In this document: positions 39,139 through 48,995 of the stretch, in pieces
Layout of the letters: the number at the start of each line of letters is the position of its first letter
How positions within the stretch are numbered: the stretch's first letter is position 1
NCBI GenBank assembly: GCA_964610875.1
Contig: CAZSWP010000012.1
Coordinates: 23,056-87,055 of the forward strand
Direction of reading: 5' to 3'
DNA from: an uncultured archaeon
GTDB lineage: Archaea; Asgardarchaeota; Thorarchaeia; Thorarchaeales; Thorarchaeaceae
Length of the DNA stretch: 64,000 bases
Position numbers and translations under genes: made by a program
The notes under the pieces: model-generated
Databases searched by the model: none
What the model saw: only the letters and a program-made list of their open reading frames with translations
What the model was told of the DNA's origin: nothing

Positions 39139-40449
39139 CTAAATCATGGGATCTGGTAACTTGAGGCTCTCATGAGCTTTATCTTCAAAGACCTGTTTTG
39201 CAGTCGCAAGAAGACTCTTCTCAAGACCTGCTATGTTGTTATTTGTAGCAACGACCATGTTGACCTTGGTAATGATACCTCTCTCATCAGTCCAATAGTG
39301 ATGAATCAATGTTCCACGAGGTGCTTCAAGACAACCCACACCGTTACCTTTTCTGGGGTCAACATCTGTGAGCTTGACATCGGTACTCACTATCTCTGGA
39401 TCCTTTAGCAACATCTCTATCTCTTCTATTGCTTGAACCAGTTCGATAACGCGTGCCCAATGGTAAGCGAAGGTCGCATGGATTGGTCTACCCAGAGCAT
39501 CTCGCATTTCTTGCAATGCCTCCTGTGCTATGGGTGTTCCCATCTTGTCTGCTACATTCACACGTGCCAATGAGTTAGCACGCCAGATTCCTTCTGGGTA
39601 TCCAACTGGTTTGTAATAGATATGAGTGGCGTATGAATGGTTTGGCACGTATTCTCCGTAGTATTTACGATATTGCTTTGGAGAGAAGTCTTCGACAATC
39701 TTGCCATCAGGGTCCATGACCCGTAGCTTTCCATCAAAGATGTCCAATGCTCCATTATTGTGCATTCCAAGGTAATATGTTGGAACAACAGCAAGCTTGG
39801 TGATTGGGTCCCAGTAGTCCTGGACTACTTTTTTAGCTAGATCCACGGTCTGAAGTGTCCATTCCTTTGCATCCTGCACACGTTTCAAATATTCATCACG
39901 TTTTTCTTCTGAGAACGGATTCAACATACCTCCTGGTGTTGCAGTGACAGGATGAATTGCTTTTCCTCCTATGGCTGCGCAGAGGTCCTGTCCGAATTGC
40001 ATGACTTGTAACGCCATTTTTCCAACATCGGGGAGTGCCTTGATCACTGACACAACATTTCGTGTTGCTGGGTCTGCAAAAGGTCCAGCTAAGAAATCAG
40101 GTGCCGCCAAGGCAAAGAAATGAATCGCATGACTACTGTACTGTTTCGCATTAATCAGTAATCGTCGCAACTTGACTGCAGCTGTAGGCGGAGTCACCTT
40201 CCACGCGGCTTCCACTGCTCTGACTGCTGCAATATGATGTGGTTCTGGACAGATTCCACAAATCCTTGGTGCAATTCTAGGGGCTTCCTCAGCAAACCTC
40301 CCCTCAAGGAACTTTTCAAAGAAGCGAGTACTGCTAACATTGAACTGAACGTCCTTGACTTTCCCAGTCTTGGTCAGCTTGACAGTTATCTCACCATGGC
40401 CTTCTAGTCTGGTGACTGGTGCAATTCGAATTGTCTTCTCGTCAGTCAT
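39139..40449 (-). CDS. mvhA: [NiFe] hydrogenase group 3c large subunit lacking the C-terminal DPCxxC motif (VhuA-type split subunit)
   Basis: TRLEGH, RICGIC, EAPRGTLIHHY, ATNNN; ends ...PDPMI* without the L2 motif. Confidence 0.9.
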   Translation of the reverse strand: MTDEKTIRIAPVTRLEGHGEITVKLTKTGKVKDVQFNVSSTRFFEKFLEGRFAEEAPRIAPRICGICPEPHHIAAVRAVEAAWKVTPPTAAVKLRRLLINAKQYSSHAIHFFALAAPDFLAGPFADPATRNVVSVIKALPDVGKMALQVMQFGQDLCAAIGGKAIHPVTATPGGMLNPFSEEKRDEYLKRVQDAKEWTLQTVDLAKKVVQDYWDPITKLAVVPTYYLGMHNNGALDIFDGKLRVMDPDGKIVEDFSPKQYRKYYGEYVPNHSYATHIYYKPVGYPEGIWRANSLARVNVADKMGTPIAQEALQEMRDALGRPIHATFAYHWARVIELVQAIEEIEMLLKDPEIVSTDVKLTDVDPRKGNGVGCLEAPRGTLIHHYWTDERGIITKVNMVVATNNNIAGLEKSLLATAKQVFEDKAHESLKLPDPMI

Positions 40450-41360
40450 TTCTTATCCTTCTCCTTCTTCTTCCCGCTTATCTTTGAAAGGTATGATGTT
40501 GCATAATCTGTGAAATAGAACGACCCGATTGGGTCTGGAAATGCTGCTTCAAGCTCTTCAGGTTCCATGTCAGCTATTGAACCAAGAGCTGAAATGATTT
40601 TTGCACCATGGTCTGTAATTACAGGTGTTGGACCGAAGCAACCCTTACAGGGCGTATTGACTTTAGGACACTGAGCACCACACAGGCCTATGGTGGCAAA
40701 GCCAAGACAGAGGTATCCTTGGTCAAGTAAACATTTAGTAGGGTCTATGTGTCCCTCATGGGTCCGTTTGAACTTCTTAATATGCTTCTCCTCTCTCACC
40801 TTGTCACACTGATCACAGACAGTCTTGTTAGGCAAGTCATAAGGTTTGTTTGTCAGCAGAGCTGTGAGTGCCTCCAGTGTATTATCAGGTGTCGGAGGAC
40901 AACCCGGAAGAATCACGTCACAGGGGACAATATCAGGATTGGGAGTGATGTGCTCAGTAAAGCCAGGTAGATTCTCTTCAGGTATACGTGCATCAGTAAT
41001 GGTATCTGCTTTCATGAACTTTCTATCTAGGAGCTCATCTAGGGACCATTGGTTCCCAAGTCCCTGCACTCCTCCAAAGGCTGAACATGAACCCCACGCA
41101 ACTAGGATCTTGGATTTCTCACGCATCACCTTGAGAAGATGTTCATCCTCTTTTGTTCGGCAGCTCCCTTCAACAAGACCGATGTGGACAGAGCCCTTTG
41201 GCAGAGCTTCAAGGTCTGCTAATTTGAAGTCTACTACTGCAGGCCAGTATACAATATCCAGCATTGGTAAAACATCTAGAAGTCTTAGATGAAGATCTAC
41301 AAGTGATTGGTCACAGCCCCAGCAGGAGCTGAGTTGTGCCAGCGCGATTCGTTTTGCCAT
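40446..41360 (-). CDS. mvhG: F420-non-reducing hydrogenase small subunit
   Basis: SCWGC, GSCSAFGG, PGCPP, VCDQC, CLLDQGYLCLG, PCKGCFG. Confidence 0.9.
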   Translation of the reverse strand: MAKRIALAQLSSCWGCDQSLVDLHLRLLDVLPMLDIVYWPAVVDFKLADLEALPKGSVHIGLVEGSCRTKEDEHLLKVMREKSKILVAWGSCSAFGGVQGLGNQWSLDELLDRKFMKADTITDARIPEENLPGFTEHITPNPDIVPCDVILPGCPPTPDNTLEALTALLTNKPYDLPNKTVCDQCDKVREEKHIKKFKRTHEGHIDPTKCLLDQGYLCLGFATIGLCGAQCPKVNTPCKGCFGPTPVITDHGAKIISALGSIADMEPEELEAAFPDPIGSFYFTDYATSYLSKISGKKKEKDKK

Positions 41361-41370
41361 TGTCTTCGAC

Positions 41371-41838
41371 CTACCTCACCGGGTTGGGACCGAGTTCCTT
41401 GATACGTTCAACCATCTCTGTTACTCCCACAGTGAACACATCCCCTTCCGCAGCACTTGCCCATTGAAGATGGATACGTCTTGGATCAATTCCTGCTTCT
41501 TCTAGCAGCTTTCGCAGCAGTGCGAATCTTCCTCTCATCTTCAGGTTACCACTGGTATAATGGCAGTCTCCTGGATGACATCCAGATATGAGTACACCAT
41601 CTGCACCTTGGTTCAGTGCATCCAGTATGAAGACCGGGTCGATTCGTCCGGTGCAGTTCACTCTAATAATTCGTACATTCGGTGGCATCTGCATCCGACT
41701 AGTACCAGCCAAGTCGGCTCCAGCATATGAGCACCAGTTGCAACAGAAAGCAACGATCCTTGGCTCAAAACCCTTGGACTTCTTTGACTTAGATCTCTTC
41801 TTTGAGTCCGCCTTTGTTTCAGGGTTGGAAAGTGTCAA
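41371..41838 (-). CDS. mvhD: F420-non-reducing hydrogenase [2Fe-2S] subunit (Cys-encoding)
   Basis: FCCNWCSYAGAD, CTGR, GCHPGDCHY, WASAAEG. Confidence 0.93.
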   Translation of the reverse strand: MTLSNPETKADSKKRSKSKKSKGFEPRIVAFCCNWCSYAGADLAGTSRMQMPPNVRIIRVNCTGRIDPVFILDALNQGADGVLISGCHPGDCHYTSGNLKMRGRFALLRKLLEEAGIDPRRIHLQWASAAEGDVFTVGVTEMVERIKELGPNPVR

Positions 41839-42086
41839 AGCTCTGTTAGACCTCCTAGAGGGAGTCTAGCCCCGATTTGGTACATCCCTATTAACATTCC
41901 CCTTATGGGAAAAAATAATGAACACATTAGAAACGTTCGAACCTGAAAACACATTGCCCTAATGACTCACAATTTGCAACATTGCAGCTTGGAAAGACCG
42001 TACTCTTTAATCCTTCAACAGGAACAGTTTTTATGCTGGCAGACCATCTAGTACATGTAAGTTCGTTTCAATGACAATACCGATGG

Positions 42087-42338
42087 GTGATATCAAAAAT
42101 GGCGATTCTAGCATTCATTATGGCGAAAGTGGAAAGCGTAAAAGCTCGCAATGTTTTAGATTCAGTGAGAGCACTAGATGAAGTCGAGGAGGCTCATCTA
42201 ATCTATGGTGCTTATGACCTGCTCATAAAGGGGCAATTCAAGACTCCTGAAGCTCTGAGCTCCTTTGTGGTAGACTCTCTCCGTAAGATCGAAGGTGTCA
42301 AGGACACAGTTACAAATGTCTGTGCTACTTGTGAGTAG
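42087..42338 (+). CDS. Stand-alone Lrp/AsnC ligand-binding (RAM) domain protein
   Basis: EAHLIYGAYDLL...LRKIEGV.DT.T. Confidence 0.85.
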   Translation: MISKMAILAFIMAKVESVKARNVLDSVRALDEVEEAHLIYGAYDLLIKGQFKTPEALSSFVVDSLRKIEGVKDTVTNVCATCE

Positions 42339-42350
42339 GGAGGCATAGAA

Positions 42351-42668
42351 TTGTCAGAAGTCCGTTCAAGACGTATCTATCGGTTTAAACCTCGCTTTGA
42401 TCATCAGCTGCACATGGGAGCTGCTGAGATTCGGGCAGCAATTCTCAATATAGGTAGCGAAGTACTCGGCAGTGAGTTCACCGTAGATATTCTCTCAGAA
42501 GAAGATAACACCATCGTTGTACAATGTGCTGCAGCGACTGGTGAGCTTGTGTATCAAATGGACTCACAATTGATGTATAAGATAATTCGCTTCTGTGAGG
42601 TCAACAACATGGACTTCAGTGCTGATGATATGGACGCGAAGACACCTGGCATGGAAGATTGGATTTGA
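42351..42668 (+). CDS. Hypothetical protein
   Basis: GGAGG RBS, TTG start, co-oriented with upstream gene. Confidence 0.65.
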   Translation: MSEVRSRRIYRFKPRFDHQLHMGAAEIRAAILNIGSEVLGSEFTVDILSEEDNTIVVQCAAATGELVYQMDSQLMYKIIRFCEVNNMDFSADDMDAKTPGMEDWI

Positions 42669-42672
42669 CTTG

Positions 42673-42697
42673 ATGCCCCTACTTTCTTAGGGGGCAT
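42673..42697. terminator. Hairpin between convergent genes
   Basis: atgcccc ... ggggcat inverted repeat. Confidence 0.45.
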
Positions 42698-42705
42698 GCT
42701 CTTAC

Positions 42706-44589
42706 TTATTTTGGTAAGTATTTGATTTCCTCCTCAAGTCCTAGACGTCTAAGGGTCTCTGGTTTAGGGACACCAGTTTTTACATCCCACCCTCTTGCCT
42801 TGTAATACTCATCAAGCATCTGATTAAGTTCAACTACTTCTCCAACAGAAGGCCCTTTAGGTGCTGGTTCATCAGTAAGACGCTTTGGCAGTTGGTCATC
42901 ATCACGTGTGATGCCACGGCGTACATTGAACATGCGATTGAGGCTCACAATACGTTCCCCAATGAGTTGAATCTGTTCCCTAGTCAATTCAATACCATTA
43001 TGGACCTTCAGTGCTAGTGCGACATCATCATAGTAGAATTCGGGTGGTATCTGAGTCCCATACTTACAGAGTCCGAGACTCTCTACTACGACCATGTAGT
43101 CCTCGCATTCCTTTACCATAATTCCTTTGTACGTGGGATTCAGCCTATCAGCCATCTCAGGAAGATATTCTTCACCGAACCTTTCTCGTATCTCATCATC
43201 AAATCCAGCTTCATCTAGGACTGGGAATGCATAGAGATGGTCTGCACCACGTGCAGCCGTGACCGCCGCAAGACCCATTGACTTCTGTGCCCGAGGTTCT
43301 TGACCTGCAATCTCTTGTTTCTTCACAGTCATCACGAACCTCTCTGTCCCTCTTCCTATCTTCTCAGCAGCCTTGGCACTCCCCTCAGCAAGAATGTCGC
43401 CAAACCCTTCTCTGAAGGCGATCATCTTTGTGAGTTTCACTACAGTTTCATGATTACCCCATGAAAGGTCAATACCACCTGTATCTTCTGCTGTTATGAG
43501 ACCCTCATCCCATGCCTCCATAGCCCATGATATCGTCCCTCCTAGTGATATTGTATCCATTCCATATTGGTTGGACAAATGATGGGTGAAGAGAACAGAC
43601 TCTAGATTCTCATTACCACATCTGGATCCTAGTGAGGATTGACTCTCAAACTCCGGTGACCCTCCAATATAGGCATAGGGTCCCTTCGGAACTCGAGTGT
43701 ACCTACCACACCGCTGCAAACAGTTCCAATCCGCTCTTGGTTTCACCAAGTAGTCTTCATTGATAGCCTCTCCACTAATCTTTTCATATTCATCAAAGAC
43801 ACCCTGTCTCATGTTGTAACTTGGTAGTCTACCAATGTGTTGCATCAGTTCCACCAAGTTGGTGGTCCCGTATCGTGCTCTGCCCTCTGTGAAGGGGTTG
43901 TCAAGCATCCGTCTATGGAAAATATCCATCTCTTTGAGATAGTTTTTCTTGTCTGCTACTTCGATCTTGCCAGTCCCTCTGACAGACACTGCTTTGATCT
44001 TCTTGGAACCCATCACTGCTCCAAGACCCGAACGTGCAGATGCCCTGTCTCTATCATTCATGACTGCTGCAAAACGGACCAGATTCTCTCCTGCCTGACC
44101 AATACCAAGGGTCCTACATTTCTTTCCGTGCTTTTCTTTCAGATAGTCATCGGTCTCAAAGACATCCTTTCCCCATATCTTGTCTGCACTCAAGAGGTCA
44201 ACCTTAGAATCCTCTATATTCAGGTAAAGTGGTTTTTTTGAGGCTCCCGTGAAGAAGATTGCATCATATCCTGCTAGCTTCAATTCCGGTCCCCAGAAAC
44301 CAGCTGCATGACTCTCTCCCCAAACATCTGTCAACGGTGAGAGACCTGCAACTAGATGTCTAGATGATTGCGGGAACATTGATGCGGTGAGTAGACCCGT
44401 CGCGATACCTAAGACATTCTTTTCACCGAGTGGATCCATGCCTACTGGAATCATGTCGTATAGGACACGAGAGAGATATCCTGCTCCAAGCAAGTAGTCT
44501 TGAACAATGTCCTCTTCAATTGGTCTTTTCTCAATCCTACTCTTTGTCATATCGACCCAGAGAATCTCGCCTCCTACTCCAGTTATCAT
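42706..44589 (-). CDS. aor: Aldehyde:ferredoxin oxidoreductase family (W/Mo-bis-pterin) protein
   Basis: SPLT, IGQAGENLV, RSGLGAVMGSK, GMDTIS, RGADHL, LDEYY.ARGW. Confidence 0.9.
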   Translation of the reverse strand: MITGVGGEILWVDMTKSRIEKRPIEEDIVQDYLLGAGYLSRVLYDMIPVGMDPLGEKNVLGIATGLLTASMFPQSSRHLVAGLSPLTDVWGESHAAGFWGPELKLAGYDAIFFTGASKKPLYLNIEDSKVDLLSADKIWGKDVFETDDYLKEKHGKKCRTLGIGQAGENLVRFAAVMNDRDRASARSGLGAVMGSKKIKAVSVRGTGKIEVADKKNYLKEMDIFHRRMLDNPFTEGRARYGTTNLVELMQHIGRLPSYNMRQGVFDEYEKISGEAINEDYLVKPRADWNCLQRCGRYTRVPKGPYAYIGGSPEFESQSSLGSRCGNENLESVLFTHHLSNQYGMDTISLGGTISWAMEAWDEGLITAEDTGGIDLSWGNHETVVKLTKMIAFREGFGDILAEGSAKAAEKIGRGTERFVMTVKKQEIAGQEPRAQKSMGLAAVTAARGADHLYAFPVLDEAGFDDEIRERFGEEYLPEMADRLNPTYKGIMVKECEDYMVVVESLGLCKYGTQIPPEFYYDDVALALKVHNGIELTREQIQLIGERIVSLNRMFNVRRGITRDDDQLPKRLTDEPAPKGPSVGEVVELNQMLDEYYKARGWDVKTGVPKPETLRRLGLEEEIKYLPK

Positions 44590-45077
44590 TCTCTCATCTC
44601 CTTAGTGTATAGATCATCCCAGTTTTCTTTGTACAGCCGTTCCAATCTGCCATCCTTGTCTTTCTCTTTCAACCCTTCTTCAGTAGTCATCCAGATTGCA
44701 AATACAGGACATCTCTTCACACACTGACCACACTGAATACATTTTATGGCCTTGTTTGTATCTGGGTTTATGTGAATGGCATCATAAGGACACGCCTCCA
44801 CACAGTTTCCACAACCTGTGCAGCGTCTGTTGTTGACAACGACTATTCCTTTTGATGTACGGGAGATTGCATCCTCTGGACAGGCTTCCATACATGGTGC
44901 ATCTTCACAGTTCCTGCAAAATAACGGAAAATCAAGTCCCGGTTCTACCCGGACTGCTCTGACTCGTGCTCTCTCAGGACTGATGACCTTGAAATAATAC
45001 ATACTGCAGGTGTTAACACAGATCATGCAGCCTGTACAGACTTCTGGGTCACCAAATACAAATTTTAATTCAGTAAT
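44586..45077 (-). CDS. 4Fe-4S dicluster (AOR partner) protein, apparently starting at ATT
   Basis: The first CTGCMICVNTC motif begins upstream of the track ATG; GGAGG-N8-ATT at 45077; no ATG/GTG/TTG in frame between the upstream TAG and the motif. Confidence 0.8.
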   Translation of the reverse strand: MTELKFVFGDPEVCTGCMICVNTCSMYYFKVISPERARVRAVRVEPGLDFPLFCRNCEDAPCMEACPEDAISRTSKGIVVVNNRRCTGCGNCVEACPYDAIHINPDTNKAIKCIQCGQCVKRCPVFAIWMTTEEGLKEKDKDGRLERLYKENWDDLYTKEMRE

Positions 45078-45080
45078 TGT

Positions 45081-46463
45081 CTACTCCTCCTGAATTTCTC
45101 TTGTCCCGCCCATCGGTTGGAACTTTCCATGTCCTGATTCTCCAATAATATCGCCATCTCTAAATACAACTTCTCCTCGCACTAATGTAATCTCTGGCAC
45201 TCCCTTTAGAGTCATTCCCTCATAGATACTCCAGTTGCATTTTGAGAACATCATTTCTGTAGTGATTTTCTGTTCTCGTGTATGGTCGATGAGCACTAGG
45301 TCTGCATCCGAACCTACCTGAATGACTCCCTTCTTAGGATAGAGTCCGAAGATTCTTGCGGGATTTCTCGAAAGGATGCGCAATAGTCGATGGAATGAGA
45401 GTCTACCGCGATTTATGCCTTCAGACAATAATATTCTGAGAATCGTCTGGACTCCGTCTACTCCTGACCATGCTTCTCTGATGTCCTCCTTTCCTATCTC
45501 TTTCTTTTCTATCGGACAGGGTGCATGGTCGCTGACAACCATATCGATTGTACCTCGTAGAAGTGCTGACCAGAGTGCTGCTCGGTCTTCCATCGTTCTG
45601 AGAGGCGGATTCAATTTTGATCTTGGTCCAAAGGTATTCATCTGGTCCCGATGGAACATGAGGTGATGTGGACAGACTTCTGTAGTGACAAGTATACCGG
45701 ACTGTTTTCCCCTTTCAATCTCAAGTACTCCTTGACCGGTGGTGATGTGTGCAATATGTAGATGTCCACCTGTGTTCTGTGCGATGGCAATATTCTGCTT
45801 CACTGCTAACACTTCTGCTAAGATAGGTCTTGATAGAGAATGGCTAATTGGAGCATCCCAGTCGTTTTCCATATCTTTTGCAAACTCATCCAGGATTCCT
45901 TGGTCTTCAGAATGAATTGTGAGATGGCCTCCATATTCAGACACCTCACTCAGACTTCGGGTTATAATTCCTGCATTGGCTTTGAAAGGCTCACAAGTGA
46001 AAGCCTTGAACCCTGCTACTCCGAGTTCAATGAGTTGTTTAATTCTGAAGATGTTGTCTTCATTCATCATCCCTCCATAGAGTGTGAAATCAACATATGA
46101 CATCTCTTCTCCTGATTTGATTTTCTCTCTGATTACCTCTGGGGAATCCGTTTGCGACACAAGGGGCATATCCACAACAGTAGTCACTCCTCCCGCTGCC
46201 GCAGCCTGAGTGCCTGTCCTGAAGTCCTCATGTTCAAGCATTCCGTCATCATGAATATGTGCATGCCCATCAATCAGGCCTGGCACCAGAATCATCCTTT
46301 TTGCATCAATAATCTGCTCTGAAGGGGGAAGATGCTCCTCGGTAGCAATTGCTGTAATCTTTCCATTCTTTATTGCAACACCTGCATGCACAATACCTGA
46401 CTCAAGAAGGACCCGTGCATTTTGAATCACCAGGTCTGCTTGTTCTGTCATCCTTTCTGTCAC
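45081..46463 (-). CDS. Cyclic amidohydrolase (allantoinase / dihydropyrimidinase / dihydroorotase family)
   Basis: PGLIDGHAH, AAAGGVTT, HSED, HIAH, EVCPHHL, NPPLR, SDHAP, GSDAD. Confidence 0.88.
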   Translation of the reverse strand: MTERMTEQADLVIQNARVLLESGIVHAGVAIKNGKITAIATEEHLPPSEQIIDAKRMILVPGLIDGHAHIHDDGMLEHEDFRTGTQAAAAGGVTTVVDMPLVSQTDSPEVIREKIKSGEEMSYVDFTLYGGMMNEDNIFRIKQLIELGVAGFKAFTCEPFKANAGIITRSLSEVSEYGGHLTIHSEDQGILDEFAKDMENDWDAPISHSLSRPILAEVLAVKQNIAIAQNTGGHLHIAHITTGQGVLEIERGKQSGILVTTEVCPHHLMFHRDQMNTFGPRSKLNPPLRTMEDRAALWSALLRGTIDMVVSDHAPCPIEKKEIGKEDIREAWSGVDGVQTILRILLSEGINRGRLSFHRLLRILSRNPARIFGLYPKKGVIQVGSDADLVLIDHTREQKITTEMMFSKCNWSIYEGMTLKGVPEITLVRGEVVFRDGDIIGESGHGKFQPMGGTREIQEE

Positions 46464-46480
46464 CTCGTGGGACTACTATT

Positions 46481-46762
46481 TCATCCTCCACCTACTGGTG
46501 GGAAGAGTGCCACTGAATCTCCATCACTCAGCTCTGTATCATAGTGGTCAATAAGCTCAATACGTTTTCCGTTCACCATACAAGAGAAGAACCGTTTCAA
46601 CACTCCTGTATCAGGGTCAATGACAGTATCTGTGAATTTCTTACCGTAACGTTGCTTCAGGATTTGTAGTATTTCATTTATATCCACGGCTTCAAGTTCT
46701 ATACTCTTCTCTCCAACTGCTTCTCGTACAGATGCAAAGAACTTCACAGTGACTTTTGCCAT
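46481..46762 (-). CDS. MoaD/SAMP ubiquitin-like sulfur carrier
   Basis: VKFFA..RE..G; C-terminal FPPVGGG. Confidence 0.9.
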   Translation of the reverse strand: MAKVTVKFFASVREAVGEKSIELEAVDINEILQILKQRYGKKFTDTVIDPDTGVLKRFFSCMVNGKRIELIDHYDTELSDGDSVALFPPVGGG

Positions 46763-46851
46763 ACTATCACAACCTGTGGAGTAAGTAACAAGGGATTTTA
46801 ACGCTTTAGATGTATTATAAAGATGAATTCATTGGTCAGGAGTCGTCACAA

Positions 46852-47736
46852 TTGGAGATCGTCGTCATAGGACATTTGAGTAGGGACTTAATCATCACAC
46901 CTAAAGAAAGGCGTGAGGCTCTCGGTGGTGGCACAGCATATGCTATGCTTGCCCCTTCCATTGGTGCTCTCGGAGCAGGCATCATCTCAAGGGTGGGATC
47001 CGATTTTGAGCAAGATTATATTGATACTCTGAAACAAGCAAATCTAGACCTTTCTGGTCTGAGAACATCTGGGACAACCACTACTCGTTTTGTAAATGAA
47101 TACGATGAGGACGGAAAACGCACGCAGCACGTTGAAGGGTTAGCCCCAGAATTACGGTCCAGCGACCTCTCCCCCAAGCATCTACAGGCTAACATCCTCC
47201 ATTTCTCTCCTTTGTTAAACGAGGTCCATCCATCCTGTGTTGAGGCTGCGAGAACATATGGTGTTCTTGTGTCATTAGATGTACAGGGATACACACGTCG
47301 ACTTGAGAATGGCCATGTGGTCCCACATCGATGGACTGAGAGTGATGCGGTACTGAGATATGTCGATGTGGTAAAAGCTGATGCAAAAGAATTGGAGCTG
47401 ATGGTTGATGTGAAATCAGAGAGTGGTGCAGCTGACCACATTCTTTCACTGGGACCAAGAATCGTCCTTGTGACAAAGGACCGTGCTGGGTCCACCATAT
47501 ACACTAGAAACGCACAGGTCGATATTCCCCTTGTTCTAGCAAAGCGATTTGTGGACACCACTGGTTGTGGGGACACCTACACAATCGGCTTTGTTCTGGA
47601 GTATATGAGGACTGGTGATGTTCGACGATCTGGACTTTTTGGAGCCACATGTGCTTCCTTCAATCTTGAAACCATTGGACCGTATGACATGCCTAATCGG
47701 GATGCAGTGGAAGCGAGGATGAAAGAATATCTCTGA
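46852..47736 (+). CDS. PfkB family sugar/nucleoside kinase
   Basis: GGGTAY, LDVQG, DTTGCGDTY; likely start TTG at 46852. Confidence 0.88.
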   Translation: MEIVVIGHLSRDLIITPKERREALGGGTAYAMLAPSIGALGAGIISRVGSDFEQDYIDTLKQANLDLSGLRTSGTTTTRFVNEYDEDGKRTQHVEGLAPELRSSDLSPKHLQANILHFSPLLNEVHPSCVEAARTYGVLVSLDVQGYTRRLENGHVVPHRWTESDAVLRYVDVVKADAKELELMVDVKSESGAADHILSLGPRIVLVTKDRAGSTIYTRNAQVDIPLVLAKRFVDTTGCGDTYTIGFVLEYMRTGDVRRSGLFGATCASFNLETIGPYDMPNRDAVEARMKEYL

Positions 47737-47802
47737 ATCAAAAACAGCATCACTGGAAACTGTTATTATCAGGTCATCGTTGTCTGTGGTTGGGTTAGTA
47801 GC

Positions 47803-48987
47803 TTGATTGCAGACCTTGATTCGTATATGGAAGAGGAAGGTGTTGATACGCTCATTGCGGTTGGCAATGCATTTGAAACTCCTGATATTTTCTGGTTGAC
47901 AGGATTCCGGTCCCCAGACATGATTTTCTATATCAAGAACAGAGGGTCAGATGCCACAGTAGCTAGTTACTTCCACACATTGGGGCGAGTGAAGAAAGAG
48001 AGCTTCATTAAGGATACCTATGATTTTACCGACCTCTTCCTCTCTCTCAGGAAGGAGGGCAAAAGACTCCTTCAACATCCTGAGCTACTCATGAAGGAAC
48101 TTCTTGGGAATCTTTTCTCAGGTAAAGTCATTGGCGTGCCCGATTATTTTCCAGCATCTATACTAGTTGCAGTCCAATCGCTTGGATACGAGGTAAAGGT
48201 CGTTCCCAATTTGATAAAGAACGCTAGAGCAACTAAGAGTTCTAGAGAGATTAAGATGATACAGAGGGCAGGAACTGCAACCATCAGTGCAATATCGAAA
48301 GTGTTTGATATAATCAAAGAATCTGATATTGGACCAAACAAAGTGCTTCAATACAAGAAGGAACCATTGACAGTGAATCACATCAAACTCACATTGGAGC
48401 ATTCACTTCTTGATGAGGGTGCTGAGTCTGCTGAAGATGCTATTGTGGCAGTAGGTAAGAAAGGGTTTGATTGGCATTATCTTGGGAAGCCTGCTGATAA
48501 GCTCAAGGCAGGTGTTCCAATCATTCTTGATGTCTTTCCACGACTAAAACGCGAGATGTATGTTGCTGATGTGACTAGGACCGTTGTCAAAGGTACTCTA
48601 AGTCCCAAGGTCAGAAGTATGTTCGAAGCTGTGCAAGAAGCAAAGGATGCGGTCATTGATACACTCAAACACGGTGTGAAGATAGATGATGTCAATCTCG
48701 CCTGTTACGAAACATTGCAGGATAATGGGTTCGACTCGAGCCGTTTGAATCCCGAGGCTGTTGAAGGAATGACCCACGGGCTTGGACACGGGATTGGTCT
48801 AGAGGTCCATGAGAATCCAAGCTTATACTCACGTGATGCTCTCTTTGAAGAGGGCAATGTTGTCGCTATTGAACCAGGGGTCTATCTGAAAGCAGTAGGT
48901 GGCGTCCGTCTGGAGGATGACTACGTTGTCAGAAAAGGCAAACCAAAACGTCTGACTCCAGGTATTGATGACATGTGGAGCCTATAA
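47803..48987 (+). CDS. Xaa-Pro peptidase (M24B)
   Basis: ADVTRT, THGLGHGIGLEVHE, EPGVY, GVRLED. Confidence 0.9.
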   Translation: MIADLDSYMEEEGVDTLIAVGNAFETPDIFWLTGFRSPDMIFYIKNRGSDATVASYFHTLGRVKKESFIKDTYDFTDLFLSLRKEGKRLLQHPELLMKELLGNLFSGKVIGVPDYFPASILVAVQSLGYEVKVVPNLIKNARATKSSREIKMIQRAGTATISAISKVFDIIKESDIGPNKVLQYKKEPLTVNHIKLTLEHSLLDEGAESAEDAIVAVGKKGFDWHYLGKPADKLKAGVPIILDVFPRLKREMYVADVTRTVVKGTLSPKVRSMFEAVQEAKDAVIDTLKHGVKIDDVNLACYETLQDNGFDSSRLNPEAVEGMTHGLGHGIGLEVHENPSLYSRDALFEEGNVVAIEPGVYLKAVGGVRLEDDYVVRKGKPKRLTPGIDDMWSL

Positions 48988-48995
48988 TACCGTTC

